From: an uncultured virus (IMG/VR IMGVR_UViG_2522125086_000002)
Lineage: Duplodnaviria > Heunggongvirae > Uroviricota > Caudoviricetes
DNA length: 62,330 bases
Virus record (IMG/VR): IMGVR_UViG_2522125086_000002
Reading direction: 5' to 3' (one strand)
The notes under the pieces were generated by a model. It did not search any database. It saw nothing but the letters and a program-made list of their open reading frames with translations, and had not been told where the DNA came from. Positions 1-9,689 of this stretch are shown here, one piece after another. The translations under genes and the position numbers were made by a program. Numbering within the stretch: the stretch's first letter is position 1; the number at the start of each line of letters is the position of its first letter.

Positions 1-1680
1 CTAGTCAGTCATGCGATCCCCGGTTTCCTGCACATACTCCTCCCGGAGTTCAATGATATTGATATGGTCCAGGCCGCGTTTTATCCTGGCGGACAGCCAG
101 TTCATAAAGCGCTCTCCCTTTTTGTTAAGTCTCCCGGGACTTTCCTTCTGGCGGAGAAGCAAGCCGGCGGCGGTACGCAGTTTTTTCCAGAAAGAATAAA
201 AGGGGAGCTTGATCTTCACCATATACCCCGAAGCGTCCTCGATTACATACCCTTCTACATGCTCGGCCAGGAGATCCGGAGTTTCCTGCCGCTGTTCGTT
301 ATACCAGCTCTGAAACTCCTCCGGTGAATTAAGAACGGTACAGAGTTTTTTAACCGGAAGTCCGAGACGTTCTCCCAGGGCAGTGAGCTCCTGGTAGCTC
401 CTCCGGGAGAATTCCATAGTGTTCTCCACAATGTCCAGCAGTACCACACTGCTTTCGGGATAACGGATAATGTGGGGATCGTTGACGGTATCGATGCATT
501 CTGTCACCAGGGTTACCGGGTTTTCCGCCAGGTATTCCCGGAGGGCCTCCGGATCCTGGCACTTTTCATCCAGCAGCTTTCGGAAAAAACCGGCATATTC
601 CGCCAGGGGGTTGGACTTGGAGGTGGTGAAGAGTTCCCCGTTATAGAGGGATACCAGCCCCAGAAAGCCGTTCTCCTTCCGGAAGACCCGTACCGGGAAA
701 CGCAGTGAGGCTTTAAGGGCTTCCAGTCTGGTTTCCGGACGTTCCTCAATATTGAAGAATTTGCGGTACCCCCGGGCTACCACGGTTCCGGTCCCGGTAT
801 CGATAAAAAGCCCCCGGGCGGTAATGGTCTGCTCATTCCAGATTTTTCGTTCAAAGGCCTGGGTGGTGAAATTGAAGGAGGAGACGCTGCCGAAATTCTT
901 CTCGATAATGAACCGGTTTTTGCGCAGCTGTTCTACCAGCTCCGGAACGTCGAGGCTGCGGGAGGGATCAAAGATCCGGTTTTGGTATTCCCGGGACGTG
1001 ATGGCGTTTTCGGATATTTCCAGAACCCGGAGATTGCCGCCGCACTCCACCTTTCCCTCCAGACAGTACACGTTGTCAGAAAGCCGTACCGGCGCCTCCT
1101 TGCTGCTCCGGTGTCCGAATACCTGGATAAAGTCATGCGGCTGTGTCCGGGCCCAGGAGGCGGCGATCTTGTCAGAATCCGCATAGGATCCCACGCCGTA
1201 AATGAGATCCCGGGCCGCAACTCCCGGAAGTCCCAGAGGCGGGAGAGCCGGAATGCCTCCGTGGCATACCAGAAAGGTTTTTCCGAAACAGGAGAAGTAC
1301 TCGCACTGGCGCAGCCGGCGGCAGAACATGCGGATCTCCTTTTTGTCGATCCCTGCGATCTCGTCTTTGGTGCGCCGGAGGAATTCACTGTCGGTTACGG
1401 GGACGTCCTCGGCGTAGCTTCTTAGCGATTCCTCGTGGTTACCCTCGATGAAATGACAGTTTTTGCGATCCCGGATCCCGAGCATGAATTTCAGAACGGC
1501 GGCGTTTTCAAGGCCGCGATCCAGAAAGTCGCCGATAAAGATATAGAGTTCGTCATCCCGGATTTCGGGAAGAGCTTCCCTGAGTACGGTGTGGCAGCCG
1601 TGGATATCTCCAATGACATGGATTTTTTTCCAGCAGGAGTAATCTGCGGGTTTCAGGATAATGGCCGGTTTCTCAGTCAT
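1..1680 (-). CDS. Metallophosphoesterase fused to T4 Rnl1-like RNA ligase (RNA end healing/sealing)
   Basis: Calcineurin-like motifs GDIHG, GDFLDRG, GNHE; ligase motif I KENG, motif IV EGYV, motif V KIK; AGGAG RBS before ATG 1680. Confidence 0.85.
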   Translation of the reverse strand: MTEKPAIILKPADYSCWKKIHVIGDIHGCHTVLREALPEIRDDELYIFIGDFLDRGLENAAVLKFMLGIRDRKNCHFIEGNHEESLRSYAEDVPVTDSEFLRRTKDEIAGIDKKEIRMFCRRLRQCEYFSCFGKTFLVCHGGIPALPPLGLPGVAARDLIYGVGSYADSDKIAASWARTQPHDFIQVFGHRSSKEAPVRLSDNVYCLEGKVECGGNLRVLEISENAITSREYQNRIFDPSRSLDVPELVEQLRKNRFIIEKNFGSVSSFNFTTQAFERKIWNEQTITARGLFIDTGTGTVVARGYRKFFNIEERPETRLEALKASLRFPVRVFRKENGFLGLVSLYNGELFTTSKSNPLAEYAGFFRKLLDEKCQDPEALREYLAENPVTLVTECIDTVNDPHIIRYPESSVVLLDIVENTMEFSRRSYQELTALGERLGLPVKKLCTVLNSPEEFQSWYNEQRQETPDLLAEHVEGYVIEDASGYMVKIKLPFYSFWKKLRTAAGLLLRQKESPGRLNKKGERFMNWLSARIKRGLDHINIIELREEYVQETGDRMTD

Positions 1681-1690
1681 TTTTGTGCTC

Positions 1691-2176
1691 CTAAATAATA
1701 ATTTCTTCGTTATGGCTGAAGATTCGGATACAGGACGGCACCTCGCATTTAAGAAGATTCCGGTGCATTCTCAGAATTTCCCGTTCCGGAACTGCCTCCA
1801 GCGGCGGTCTTTCCTGATTCCGGCGCAGGCATTCCTCCAGGGGCACGTCAGAAAAATCCGCCATGAGTACCCGGTACCGCCGTTCCTTTGCGAGGTGGCG
1901 GTATCTGATGTAGTCCTGGGTTTTTACGTGGCAGGCATCCACTACGGTGAAGTCGCCCCTGGAGATCCGGTTCTCCAGCATTTCGTCAAAGCATTCGAAT
2001 ACCAGTCTATTAACCTTCTGGGAGATGCCGATTTTGCCAGCGGTGTCCATCAGCGGTGCGGAGAACATGAGCCGCAGCCTGTCGGGGGAGATGGTGTAGG
2101 ATTCAAGATGGTGTTCGCGAATCCAGGTGGATTTCCCGGAACCCGGTAGTCCCCGGGTGATAAGAAGAATTCTCAT
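1691..2176 (-). CDS. P-loop polynucleotide kinase (AAA_33/Pnk-like)
   Basis: GLPGSGKST Walker A, SPDRLR, VVDACH and CLRRNQER lid motif; directly upstream of the phosphatase-ligase. Confidence 0.85.
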   Translation of the reverse strand: MRILLITRGLPGSGKSTWIREHHLESYTISPDRLRLMFSAPLMDTAGKIGISQKVNRLVFECFDEMLENRISRGDFTVVDACHVKTQDYIRYRHLAKERRYRVLMADFSDVPLEECLRRNQERPPLEAVPEREILRMHRNLLKCEVPSCIRIFSHNEEIII

Positions 2177-2945
2177 TTGCTGCTCCTGTTTATTCTGGCT
2201 GTGCTGATAATGCTATAAGTTTGTAATAAAGGGGACTGATTTTAAGGCAGTGCGAAACAGGACAGAGGGCTTTTGTTTTACAGCCAGTCTGTCTTAGGAA
2301 ATGCGGTATGCTCAGGAATGTTTCCGGCGGCAGAAAAAGCGGCAGGAATAAACAGTTTGCCGATCATGCTGTCCAATGCTGTCTGAACTTGATTTAAGAT
2401 CCCAAACCGGTATCGGAAGGGATACAGAACGTTATCCTACTACACAGATTACTGGATTTTTTCGAATCCGGAGAACAGAGGAGATGATCAGTGAACAGGT
2501 TCACAGTTTTTCTTCGTAAGACCGGTGATTCCCCGAATCAGGACCCGGCGGTGTGCCAGCTTTTTGAAAACGTCTGGTCCCAAGGAACCGTGCGGAGGTC
2601 AGAAATGCAGATTGCCTTTCCGTTCTTGTGCCATGACAATGAGGTTCAGATGAGAGAAATGCAATAATGCAGTGATGATTTCAGCATTTACAGGGAATAA
2701 TATCCATGATCCGGGAAAGATATGAGATACTGTCCGGACCCGGGGCGTACGCTGCGGCGTTAGTCTCCGTGCTTCCGGGAAGAACCTTAAATGCAGCGCG
2801 CTGAGCTTAAGATTTTCGCCGGAAGCTCCCGGGACTTTATTCTTACTGCTGCTGTCCGGAAGAAACTTCAGGCGGCACTGCTGTCGTCCGGGGCGGTAAT
2901 AGTGCCGGGAAGGGGAATCGATGGGAATGACCGGAAACACTGACA

Positions 2946-3767
2946 ATGCAGGGGGGGGCAATGCCTAAGAGACCAGGAAGGGCTTTTTTGCTTTCTTTAG
3001 CCGGTGTCTGGGAGGCGGTCTGTTTGATGACGGCCTGTCCGGAAGCCTTGGGTGCGGCACCTAAGGCTTCGGATGAACACGGGATAACGACCATGGTCAG
3101 GGAACAAAAAACTGTAAGATGCCAGGTATGCGGTGCTCTGGAGCCTGAGACCTCCAAATTCTGCAGCGAATGCGGTGCCGTGCTGGATCGGAACGGAGGA
3201 GTTCCGGTGCCGGAAATCAATTCCGGGAATGCCGGTTCCGCCGCAGGCCCCTCGTGCTTTCCGAACGGCGTGACTGGAATTGCTGAAGGAATGAGTTATT
3301 TGCCGGAAGATGATGTTCCGCCGGGGCCCGATGACAGCGGACTTAAGCTTCTTGTGGACTGCTGCCGGAAGACTATTGCCACTAGTCTGGGGGACGGCCA
3401 TGAGGAAACGGTTCTGTATCTTGACGAAAAAAACGGTGATTACCAGATTCATACCTATGTCAAAAATCCGGGAGCCCGCCGGGAACGCCATCGGGGGTTT
3501 AGAACGGACCGGGCGGCACTGGATGCGGTGATGACACGGATTGCAGAAAAGGAGCTTGGGCAGTTTTCCGGGCACAGGGAGTTTCCGATGACTGGCGGAG
3601 AATATGTCTGCAAGTATCTCTCCTCTGACGGCCGGATTATCCGGCTTTCCACGTCGAATGTTCCTTACAGGATGCATGGCGAGCTTTACGGTGTGGGAAT
3701 GCTTCTGAATAGCTTTATTGACCAGAGGAGAGAGATTTTGCCGGAAGAATCCGTTCAGGAACAGTAG
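2946..3767 (+). CDS. Zinc-ribbon domain hypothetical protein (true start possibly 3093)
   Basis: CQVCG...FCSECG zinc ribbon in a long ORF. Confidence 0.55.
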   Translation: MQGGAMPKRPGRAFLLSLAGVWEAVCLMTACPEALGAAPKASDEHGITTMVREQKTVRCQVCGALEPETSKFCSECGAVLDRNGGVPVPEINSGNAGSAAGPSCFPNGVTGIAEGMSYLPEDDVPPGPDDSGLKLLVDCCRKTIATSLGDGHEETVLYLDEKNGDYQIHTYVKNPGARRERHRGFRTDRAALDAVMTRIAEKELGQFSGHREFPMTGGEYVCKYLSSDGRIIRLSTSNVPYRMHGELYGVGMLLNSFIDQRREILPEESVQEQ

Positions 3768-3888
3768 TGCCGGAACAGGCATGGCAAATGCGGAGATATC
3801 CGGATTTTGGAAAAGTACCGGTAAATGGTATTGAAACATGTGATATTATGGATACGCGTTCGGATTGTCTTTTTGAAGGAGTCAAATA

Positions 3889-4332
3889 ATGAAATCAGCA
3901 AAATTTGCGGCCACTGCCGTGATGCTTCTGGCTTTTACGTCTGCAGAGGCAGGGTTTTCAGACGGATTTTCCGCTGATAAGTCCGGTAGTTTTGAGGGCT
4001 TTTACAGCAATGGCTATCACTATTCGGTGGAAATTGAAAAGAACGGGGACGATACCTACAGCATGACCTACGGGGATTCCCAGGGGGCTTTGAATATCAC
4101 AAGCTGCACGGCTACGGCCCGGAAAGATGGGGCACGTCTGGTGCTGACAACCCCGAAGTCCTGTGTGGATATTGAAATCGATGCCCAGTCCGGAAATGAA
4201 ACGGTGACCAGAAGGTATGATGAGCCCGATACTCTGGTCTATGAGATAACCGCTGACGGCCTAAGAGAGGTTAGACAGGACAATTCCGGGGAGGTTACCG
4301 AGCTGAGCCGGGCCATTAAAGCAGGGAATTAG
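3889..4332 (+). CDS. Secreted hypothetical protein
   Basis: AAGGAG RBS; signal-peptide-like N-terminus MKSAKFAATAVMLLAFTSAEA. Confidence 0.7.
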   Translation: MKSAKFAATAVMLLAFTSAEAGFSDGFSADKSGSFEGFYSNGYHYSVEIEKNGDDTYSMTYGDSQGALNITSCTATARKDGARLVLTTPKSCVDIEIDAQSGNETVTRRYDEPDTLVYEITADGLREVRQDNSGEVTELSRAIKAGN

Positions 4333-4392
4333 AAAGCAGGCCCCAGGAAGGACCAGAGGGGATTACCTCCGGTCCGGTTACCGGAATAGAAT

Positions 4393-4429
4393 ACTCCCAG
4401 GTTTTTGATTGAGAGCCTGGGAGTTTTTT
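4393..4429 (+). terminator. Rho-independent terminator; insertion target of the group IIC intron
   Basis: ACTCCCAGGTTTTT-GATT-GAGAGCCTGGGAGT, a 14-bp stem with G-U pairs, followed by a T run. Confidence 0.85.
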
Positions 4430-4501
4430 GTGTGCTCGGCATGTTCTATATCTGTAGGGTGAAAGTCCCGAACACGACCGCTGGTGGTAAGTGTTAGCGA
4501 A
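4430..4501 (+). ncRNA. Group IIC intron, 5' fragment (start of domain I)
   Basis: Starts GTGTG (GUGYG consensus) right after a terminator; CTCGGCATG and TAGGGTGAAAGTCCCGAAC...GTTAGC match the IIC domain I pattern. Confidence 0.85.
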
Positions 4502-4523
4502 GTCTCTACTCCGAGTTTGATAC
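4499..4523. other. Left att junction (intron half plus element arm)
   Basis: Arm AGTCTCTACTCCGAGTTTGATAC (4501-4523) is an imperfect inverted repeat (13/23) of 61849-61871. Confidence 0.75.
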
Positions 4524-4532
4524 CGAGCCATG

Positions 4533-4541
4533 TGATATAAT
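4533..4541 (+). promoter_or_regulatory. Extended -10 promoter (TGnTATAAT) for the first cargo gene
   Basis: TGATATAAT just inside the left end, upstream of ORF 4582. Confidence 0.5.
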
Positions 4542-4581
4542 GCTCTAGGCTCGTTCGGGTCGATGGGCTTGCTATAAATTT

Positions 4582-5193
4582 TTGACTTGGTACTTAGCCT
4601 TGATTGATAAAGTGGAGGACTTTGAATTGTTATATGATTCCTTTAAGAAAGTTTATATTTGTGACTTTAAGATTCTTGAGGATGAACTTTTAGGCACTGA
4701 CAAGTACGTCTCGATTGATAAGAAAAATTATAAAACATTCTCATCAAAATACATGCAGCTATTCTTGAGTATTTGTAGCGGGATAGACTCTTTAGCTGAA
4801 GAATTCTGCTCTGCTTTGGATGAATCCAACAATGTAAAAAATAAAAGAAGTAGTATGTTGCAAAGGTTCCAGCAGATAAAAAATGATTATTGCGGAAACA
4901 TTGCGAATGAAATTGTGGAAGTTAATTTTGTTGGTTGTAGAGCATCTATTCATCCTTTTTCAAAATTTTCTGAACAGTCGTGTGGTGATTGGTGGCAAGA
5001 TTATAATCACGTAAAACATAGAAGAGCAGGTGAAGTAGAATCTTCTAATGGAAATATGTTTAACTATGAATTGGCTAATTTAAAGAATGTCCTACAAGCT
5101 TTATCGGCATATTATTTATTGATTTCTTTGGTAAACCGCTTTTTGAGCCCAAACGGTGAACCAGTTGAGTCTCAGTTGTTTTCGTGTAAGTGA
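4582..5193 (+). CDS. AT-rich hypothetical cargo protein, possibly HEPN-like (start may be a TTG near 4628)
   Basis: WWQDYNHVKHRR...ANLKNVLQALSA motif; GGAGG near 4614; AT-rich; convergent with the recombinase. Confidence 0.55.
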   Translation: MTWYLALIDKVEDFELLYDSFKKVYICDFKILEDELLGTDKYVSIDKKNYKTFSSKYMQLFLSICSGIDSLAEEFCSALDESNNVKNKRSSMLQRFQQIKNDYCGNIANEIVEVNFVGCRASIHPFSKFSEQSCGDWWQDYNHVKHRRAGEVESSNGNMFNYELANLKNVLQALSAYYLLISLVNRFLSPNGEPVESQLFSCK

Positions 5194-5202
5194 TAGCAAT
5201 AT

Positions 5203-5238
5203 TTCCCGACCACCGTTATCGATGATCGGGATTTTTCT
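5203..5238. terminator. Hairpin terminator between convergent genes
   Basis: TCCCGACCACCG-TTAT-CGATGATCGGGA followed by a T run. Confidence 0.5.
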
Positions 5239-5239
5239 T

Positions 5240-6829
5240 TTACCCCAAAAATTCAGAACCGTTTTTGAACCGGAAAATCAGTCTGCCATCAGTATATGCC
5301 GTAACATAATCTAGCAGACCGCACCAGAGATTTTCGCTGAACTCCGAAATTTGCCCATTCTGCTCCTTTAGCTTTCTAATGAAATTCTCGATGATGTTGC
5401 GATGCTTGAGAAGATCACTAAGTTTTTTATCGACGAGCTTTTTCTGTTCTTCCGCTGAGCTAAATTTTTGAGCAATCGCATCGTAGCTTTTACGGTATTC
5501 GTTCTGATCCTGTGCAGTGGTAGCGTTCTGATGGATTAGCTGCCGTAAAGCTGAATCGTGCGTCTGCATCTCGGTCAAGAGACTATGCTGTTTCTGCTCC
5601 AGCTCAGAGGTATTAAGGGTGGCGGCAAGAGCCTCCTCACAGGCTCTGATTGCATTTACAGAACCTGTTAATAGCTTATTGACGGCAATTGTGAATCGTT
5701 CTTTAATCTGATTCTCATCAAGGTAAGGTGTGGTGCAGCGTTTATCTTTGTTCTTGTATTTGTTATTGCACTGCCAGATGATTCTTCGGAACTTATCGTT
5801 GGAGTGCCATACCTTTGAGCCGTACCATCCGCCGCAGTCACCGCACTTGATTTTGTTTGAAAGGAGGTGAACGCCACTGTGACGGTTGTTCCCGGATGTG
5901 CGACGTGCAAGTTCAGCCTGAACCATGTCAAAGGTTTGCGGATCGATAATGGCTTCATGGTTATTTTCCACATAATACTGCGGCACTTCGCCCTGATTGA
6001 GTTTCATCTTCTTGGTCAGAAAATCCTCGCAAAAAGTCTTCTGGAGTAGGGCATCTCCTTTGTATTTTTCGTTGGAAAGAATGCTTTTTACTGAACTGCT
6101 GCTCCATGTATCACGACCTGCCGGAGTCTTGATTTTCTCCTCTGTCAGTTTTCGTGCAATAGTGTGCGGAGTCATTCCTTTCAGGAACATGGCGTAGATC
6201 TGCTTAACGACTTCAGCCTGTTTCTTGTTAAGCACCAAATTGCCATCCTCGCCCCGGTCGTAGCCGATAAAATGCTTAAAGGGAACAGTTACCTTGCCGT
6301 CAGCAAATCTCTTGCGCTGTCCCCATGTGCAGTTTTCAGAAATTGAACGGCTTTCCTCCTGGGCGAGTGAGGACATGATGGTCAGTAGCACTTCGCCTTT
6401 GGCATCGAAAGTCCAGATATTTTCCTTCTCGAAATACACCTCCGTGCCGTTTTCCTTGAGCTGTCTGATGGTTGTGAGACTGTCTACCGTATTACGGGCA
6501 AAACGGCTCACAGACTTGGTGACGATAAGATCAATTTTACCATCAAGGGCATCAGCAATCATTCGCTTAAAGCCTTCACGGCGTTTGGTGCTGGTTCCGG
6601 TGATGCCCTCATCGGTGTACACATCCACAAACTCCCAGTCATCACGGCCTTTGATGTAGTTGGTGTAATAATCAACCTGTGCCGTGTAGCTTGAGAACTG
6701 ATCGTCATGATCCGTTGAGACTCGCGCGTAACCTGCAACTTTCCTTTTATGCTTTGATGCGATGGGGGCAGACGAGAATCTGCCTAATGTCGCCGGTATG
6801 GTCTGAACCTTTCTAACTGTTACTGTCAT
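5240..6829 (-). CDS. Large serine recombinase (resolvase, recombinase, Zn-ribbon and coiled-coil domains)
   Basis: GYARVST catalytic motif, KSVSRFARN, LSNKIKCGDCG zinc ribbon. Confidence 0.95.
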   Translation of the reverse strand: MTVTVRKVQTIPATLGRFSSAPIASKHKRKVAGYARVSTDHDDQFSSYTAQVDYYTNYIKGRDDWEFVDVYTDEGITGTSTKRREGFKRMIADALDGKIDLIVTKSVSRFARNTVDSLTTIRQLKENGTEVYFEKENIWTFDAKGEVLLTIMSSLAQEESRSISENCTWGQRKRFADGKVTVPFKHFIGYDRGEDGNLVLNKKQAEVVKQIYAMFLKGMTPHTIARKLTEEKIKTPAGRDTWSSSSVKSILSNEKYKGDALLQKTFCEDFLTKKMKLNQGEVPQYYVENNHEAIIDPQTFDMVQAELARRTSGNNRHSGVHLLSNKIKCGDCGGWYGSKVWHSNDKFRRIIWQCNNKYKNKDKRCTTPYLDENQIKERFTIAVNKLLTGSVNAIRACEEALAATLNTSELEQKQHSLLTEMQTHDSALRQLIHQNATTAQDQNEYRKSYDAIAQKFSSAEEQKKLVDKKLSDLLKHRNIIENFIRKLKEQNGQISEFSENLWCGLLDYVTAYTDGRLIFRFKNGSEFLG

Positions 6830-8553
6830 TTTTTCTTTGCCTCCTTTAACTGTTTAAGTCTTTCGCTCATTGCCTTACGTCGTTCTTCAGTCCATTTTGT
6901 CTGTCTGACCTTGATGCAGTATTCAGCCTGCTCAGTATGACCATCAGTGAAGGTAAATTCCATAAGCCCGCTTCTGACCATTGTGATGTGGTCAATTTGT
7001 TTCATGAAAGCCTCACTGTCAAATTCCTCAAGTCCTAAAATACCAGCCGATATTTCCTTGAGTTCTTCTTCCGGAATGCCTTTAATGCCACAACCATTGC
7101 GGCATCTCCAGAATACTTTGTGATTTACTGATTTGTGTTCAGATTGACGTTTGACATTTTCACCGCAGCATCCGCATTTGATCCTGCATGTAAAAGGGTA
7201 GAAAGGTCCAATGCCTTTCAACATATAGTTCCGTCGAGATTCTCGATGTTTGTTTTTTAGCTCATCAGTCCAACAGTCTGTTCTGGCCTTAGAATGCCAT
7301 TCTTTGCTGATCACTCCACCTTCTACGAAATTGAAAAGCAGAATACCTTGGCAGGGGACATCGATTCGTTCAATTCGTTTGCTAAAAATCTGCTCATCAA
7401 ATTCATCAAGTCCTAAAACTTCAGAGCAACACTTCTTAATGATTGTTTCGGGAATTTCATTGGTTTCACAGAGTGCTGTGTTCTTGCGATGCCGACCGCA
7501 GTTCCAAGTGCGGTAATACCCATTGGCAGGTTGCAATGTTGAGTGGTATTTAACCCTGATTGATCTCGTGCATCTTATGAAGGAACTACCACATTTGCCA
7601 CATCGGAGTTTTCTGGTAAAGCATGTAGTATTGAGGCTTTTATTAGCGAAAGGTCCCAATTCTCTTCGTCTGGCCATTTCCTCCTGAACAAAGCGGAATG
7701 TTTTCATGTCGATTATCGGCTCATGGGTATTTTCCACGAAATACTGAGGTAACTGACCAGTATTTTTAATATGCTTTTTGGTAATCGGATCATCGGTAAA
7801 TTCTTTTTGCAGGAGCAGATTGCCTGTGTAGGTTATGTTGGTGAGCACAGTCTTAATACTGTGATCTCGCCATCGGCACCCATTTCTTGTTGTGATGCCT
7901 TCTGCTGCAAACTCTCTCTCTGTTTCAAGACGTGATTTCCCATCAAGGAAGTTCTGATAGATGCGTTTTACAATTTCGGCTTCATTAGGAATGATGACCA
8001 GATGATCACCTTCCCATCTGTAGCCGAAAACTCTTACTCGACCATGGGGAATGCCTTTCTGAAATCTTTTCCTAGCTCCCCATTTGACATTTTCCGAAAT
8101 GCTCCGACTTTCCTCCTGGGCGAAAGAGGCAAGGAGCGTCAGCATCAGTTCACCATCGCCCGACAGTGAACGAATACGTTCTTTCTCGAACTGTACCTCG
8201 ATGCCTAACTCCTTGAGCCTCCTCACCGTCTTGAGCAGGTCTACCGTGTTTCGGGCAAAACGGCTGATGGACTTTGTGAGAATAATGTCAATCTTCCCGT
8301 CCTCGCAGTCTCGTATCATTCGTTGAAACTCAGCTCTACGTTCAACATTTGTCCCGGAAATGAAACTGTCGGCATATATTCCTGCAAAGTCCCATTCAGG
8401 ATTGTTCTGAATGAGATCGTTGTAGTAGCTGATCTGAGCTGACAGGGAATGATCCAATCTGTCAGATTCCATCGATACTCTGGCATATGCCGCCACTCGT
8501 TTTCGAGTGGGTGGGACAATTCTTTTTACATCAATTTTCTTTATCGTTTTCAT
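6826..8553 (-). CDS. Large serine recombinase with two Zn-ribbon domains
   Basis: AYARVS, KSISRFARN, LRCGKCG and IKCGCCG. Confidence 0.95.
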   Translation of the reverse strand: MKTIKKIDVKRIVPPTRKRVAAYARVSMESDRLDHSLSAQISYYNDLIQNNPEWDFAGIYADSFISGTNVERRAEFQRMIRDCEDGKIDIILTKSISRFARNTVDLLKTVRRLKELGIEVQFEKERIRSLSGDGELMLTLLASFAQEESRSISENVKWGARKRFQKGIPHGRVRVFGYRWEGDHLVIIPNEAEIVKRIYQNFLDGKSRLETEREFAAEGITTRNGCRWRDHSIKTVLTNITYTGNLLLQKEFTDDPITKKHIKNTGQLPQYFVENTHEPIIDMKTFRFVQEEMARRRELGPFANKSLNTTCFTRKLRCGKCGSSFIRCTRSIRVKYHSTLQPANGYYRTWNCGRHRKNTALCETNEIPETIIKKCCSEVLGLDEFDEQIFSKRIERIDVPCQGILLFNFVEGGVISKEWHSKARTDCWTDELKNKHRESRRNYMLKGIGPFYPFTCRIKCGCCGENVKRQSEHKSVNHKVFWRCRNGCGIKGIPEEELKEISAGILGLEEFDSEAFMKQIDHITMVRSGLMEFTFTDGHTEQAEYCIKVRQTKWTEERRKAMSERLKQLKEAKKK

Positions 8554-8580
8554 AGCTATACCCCCGTTTTGATACCACTA

Positions 8581-8775
8581 TTACTCACTCTTATCGCCTG
8601 ACTTATCAAGTGATAGTGTTAAGAGTTTTCCAATAAGCGGGGTGAATGTCCTAATAAGAAAATCGTCGATTTTCTTGAACTCGGTTTTGGTAAATAACCC
8701 TTGTCTCATAAAGCATTCTGCAATATGGCGAGTAGTTAAATAGTTAAGTTCGGACTCAAACTGTTTCGGCGACAT
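8581..8775 (-). CDS. Small recombinase-associated protein (SHOCT-like)
   Basis: MSPKQFESELNY...GLFTKTEFKKID resembles small proteins found upstream of tandem serine recombinases. Confidence 0.6.
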   Translation of the reverse strand: MSPKQFESELNYLTTRHIAECFMRQGLFTKTEFKKIDDFLIRTFTPLIGKLLTLSLDKSGDKSE

Positions 8776-9199
8776 ACGTTACTCCTTCATACCGGTGTTT
8801 GATGTAGCACGGATGGCTACAGAACTTCTGTGGATTTGGACCGTAGTAGGTGAATTCTTTTCCGCAACAGAGACAATTGACTGTGTGCGGATTACGGCGC
8901 TTGACCTGTTCAAGGTGCGAGTTCCACCAGGTTATACGACATTCATCAGTACAGAAGATGCGGCGTTTAACTTTTTCTTTCTGGGTGATCTGCTTGCCGC
9001 AACATCTGCAGAAAGATGGCAATACTGATGGTTTAAGATGATTGCTCCTGCATGCCTCTTTGCGGTTACCGGCAAGCCCCGAACGTTGGCAGTAACTTTT
9101 CACGGTGCTGACGGTCAGCCCAAGGGTATTGGCAATGGCGTTATAACTGAAGTTCTGTTGGCGCAGAGTTTTGATTACGGATTTCTGTTGTTCTGTCAT
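8756..9199 (-). CDS. HTH plus Cys-rich zinc-finger protein of the recombinase module
   Basis: SYNAIANTLGLTVSTVKSYCQR HTH; CRCCG, FCTDEC, CLCCG, FCSHPC; GGAGG RBS. Confidence 0.75.
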   Translation of the reverse strand: MTEQQKSVIKTLRQQNFSYNAIANTLGLTVSTVKSYCQRSGLAGNRKEACRSNHLKPSVLPSFCRCCGKQITQKEKVKRRIFCTDECRITWWNSHLEQVKRRNPHTVNCLCCGKEFTYYGPNPQKFCSHPCYIKHRYEGVTYVAETV

Positions 9200-9215
9200 G
9201 AATCTTTAACCTCCT

Positions 9216-9253
9216 ACTTATCTAATGGACATGAAAGAGGTGTTTTGACGAAA
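9216..9253 (-). promoter_or_regulatory. 38-bp conserved motif, copy 1 (candidate element-specific promoter)
   Basis: ACTTATCTAATGGAC-N10-TGTTTTGACGAAA, repeated at 40690 and 46878, each upstream of a minus-strand gene. Confidence 0.65.
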
Positions 9254-9689
9254 TTGACAGAAAAATATTTTTGAGTGATTAAGTGTTATACAGCGTAGTT
9301 TCGAGATGAAGGTTAAGGTAAGGTGCAAATCGGGAATGTGGCTGAGAGTTGATGAACAGATTTCGACAGGAGTAATAAATGAGGTGTGGCACAAGTTTAA
9401 AAATTTGTAATTTTACAAATTGAACACAAATGAACCACGGAATTTTGGTGAAAGTTGGCGAGAAAAACAAGGGAAACTTATGGATATAATTTCAGTGAAA
9501 GGAATAAAAAAAGTGGACTATCTTAATGTTTTTTATTCAGTACATTCATGCCTGGTCAATAATGAGTCTGGTACAAAAAATCTAAATATGCAATTTTACC
9601 AAAACACAACAAAATGAAGATTTCATCTCTGTGTTTTCGATATGAAAGGAGCTTTGTACAGTGCATAATTTATGCATAACTATGCTGAT

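Noticed and set aside
2997..3839. 280-aa minus-strand ORF and similar antisense ORFs across the window
   Set aside because: They overlap better-supported genes on the opposite strand and show no recognisable motifs
4380..4530. tRNA or tmRNA integration target with a long direct repeat
   Set aside because: No tRNA-like sequence; the junction identity is only GAA, as expected for serine integrases
4316..4531. 71-aa minus-strand ORF
   Set aside because: It spans the terminator, the intron 5' end and the att junction; there is no coding evidence
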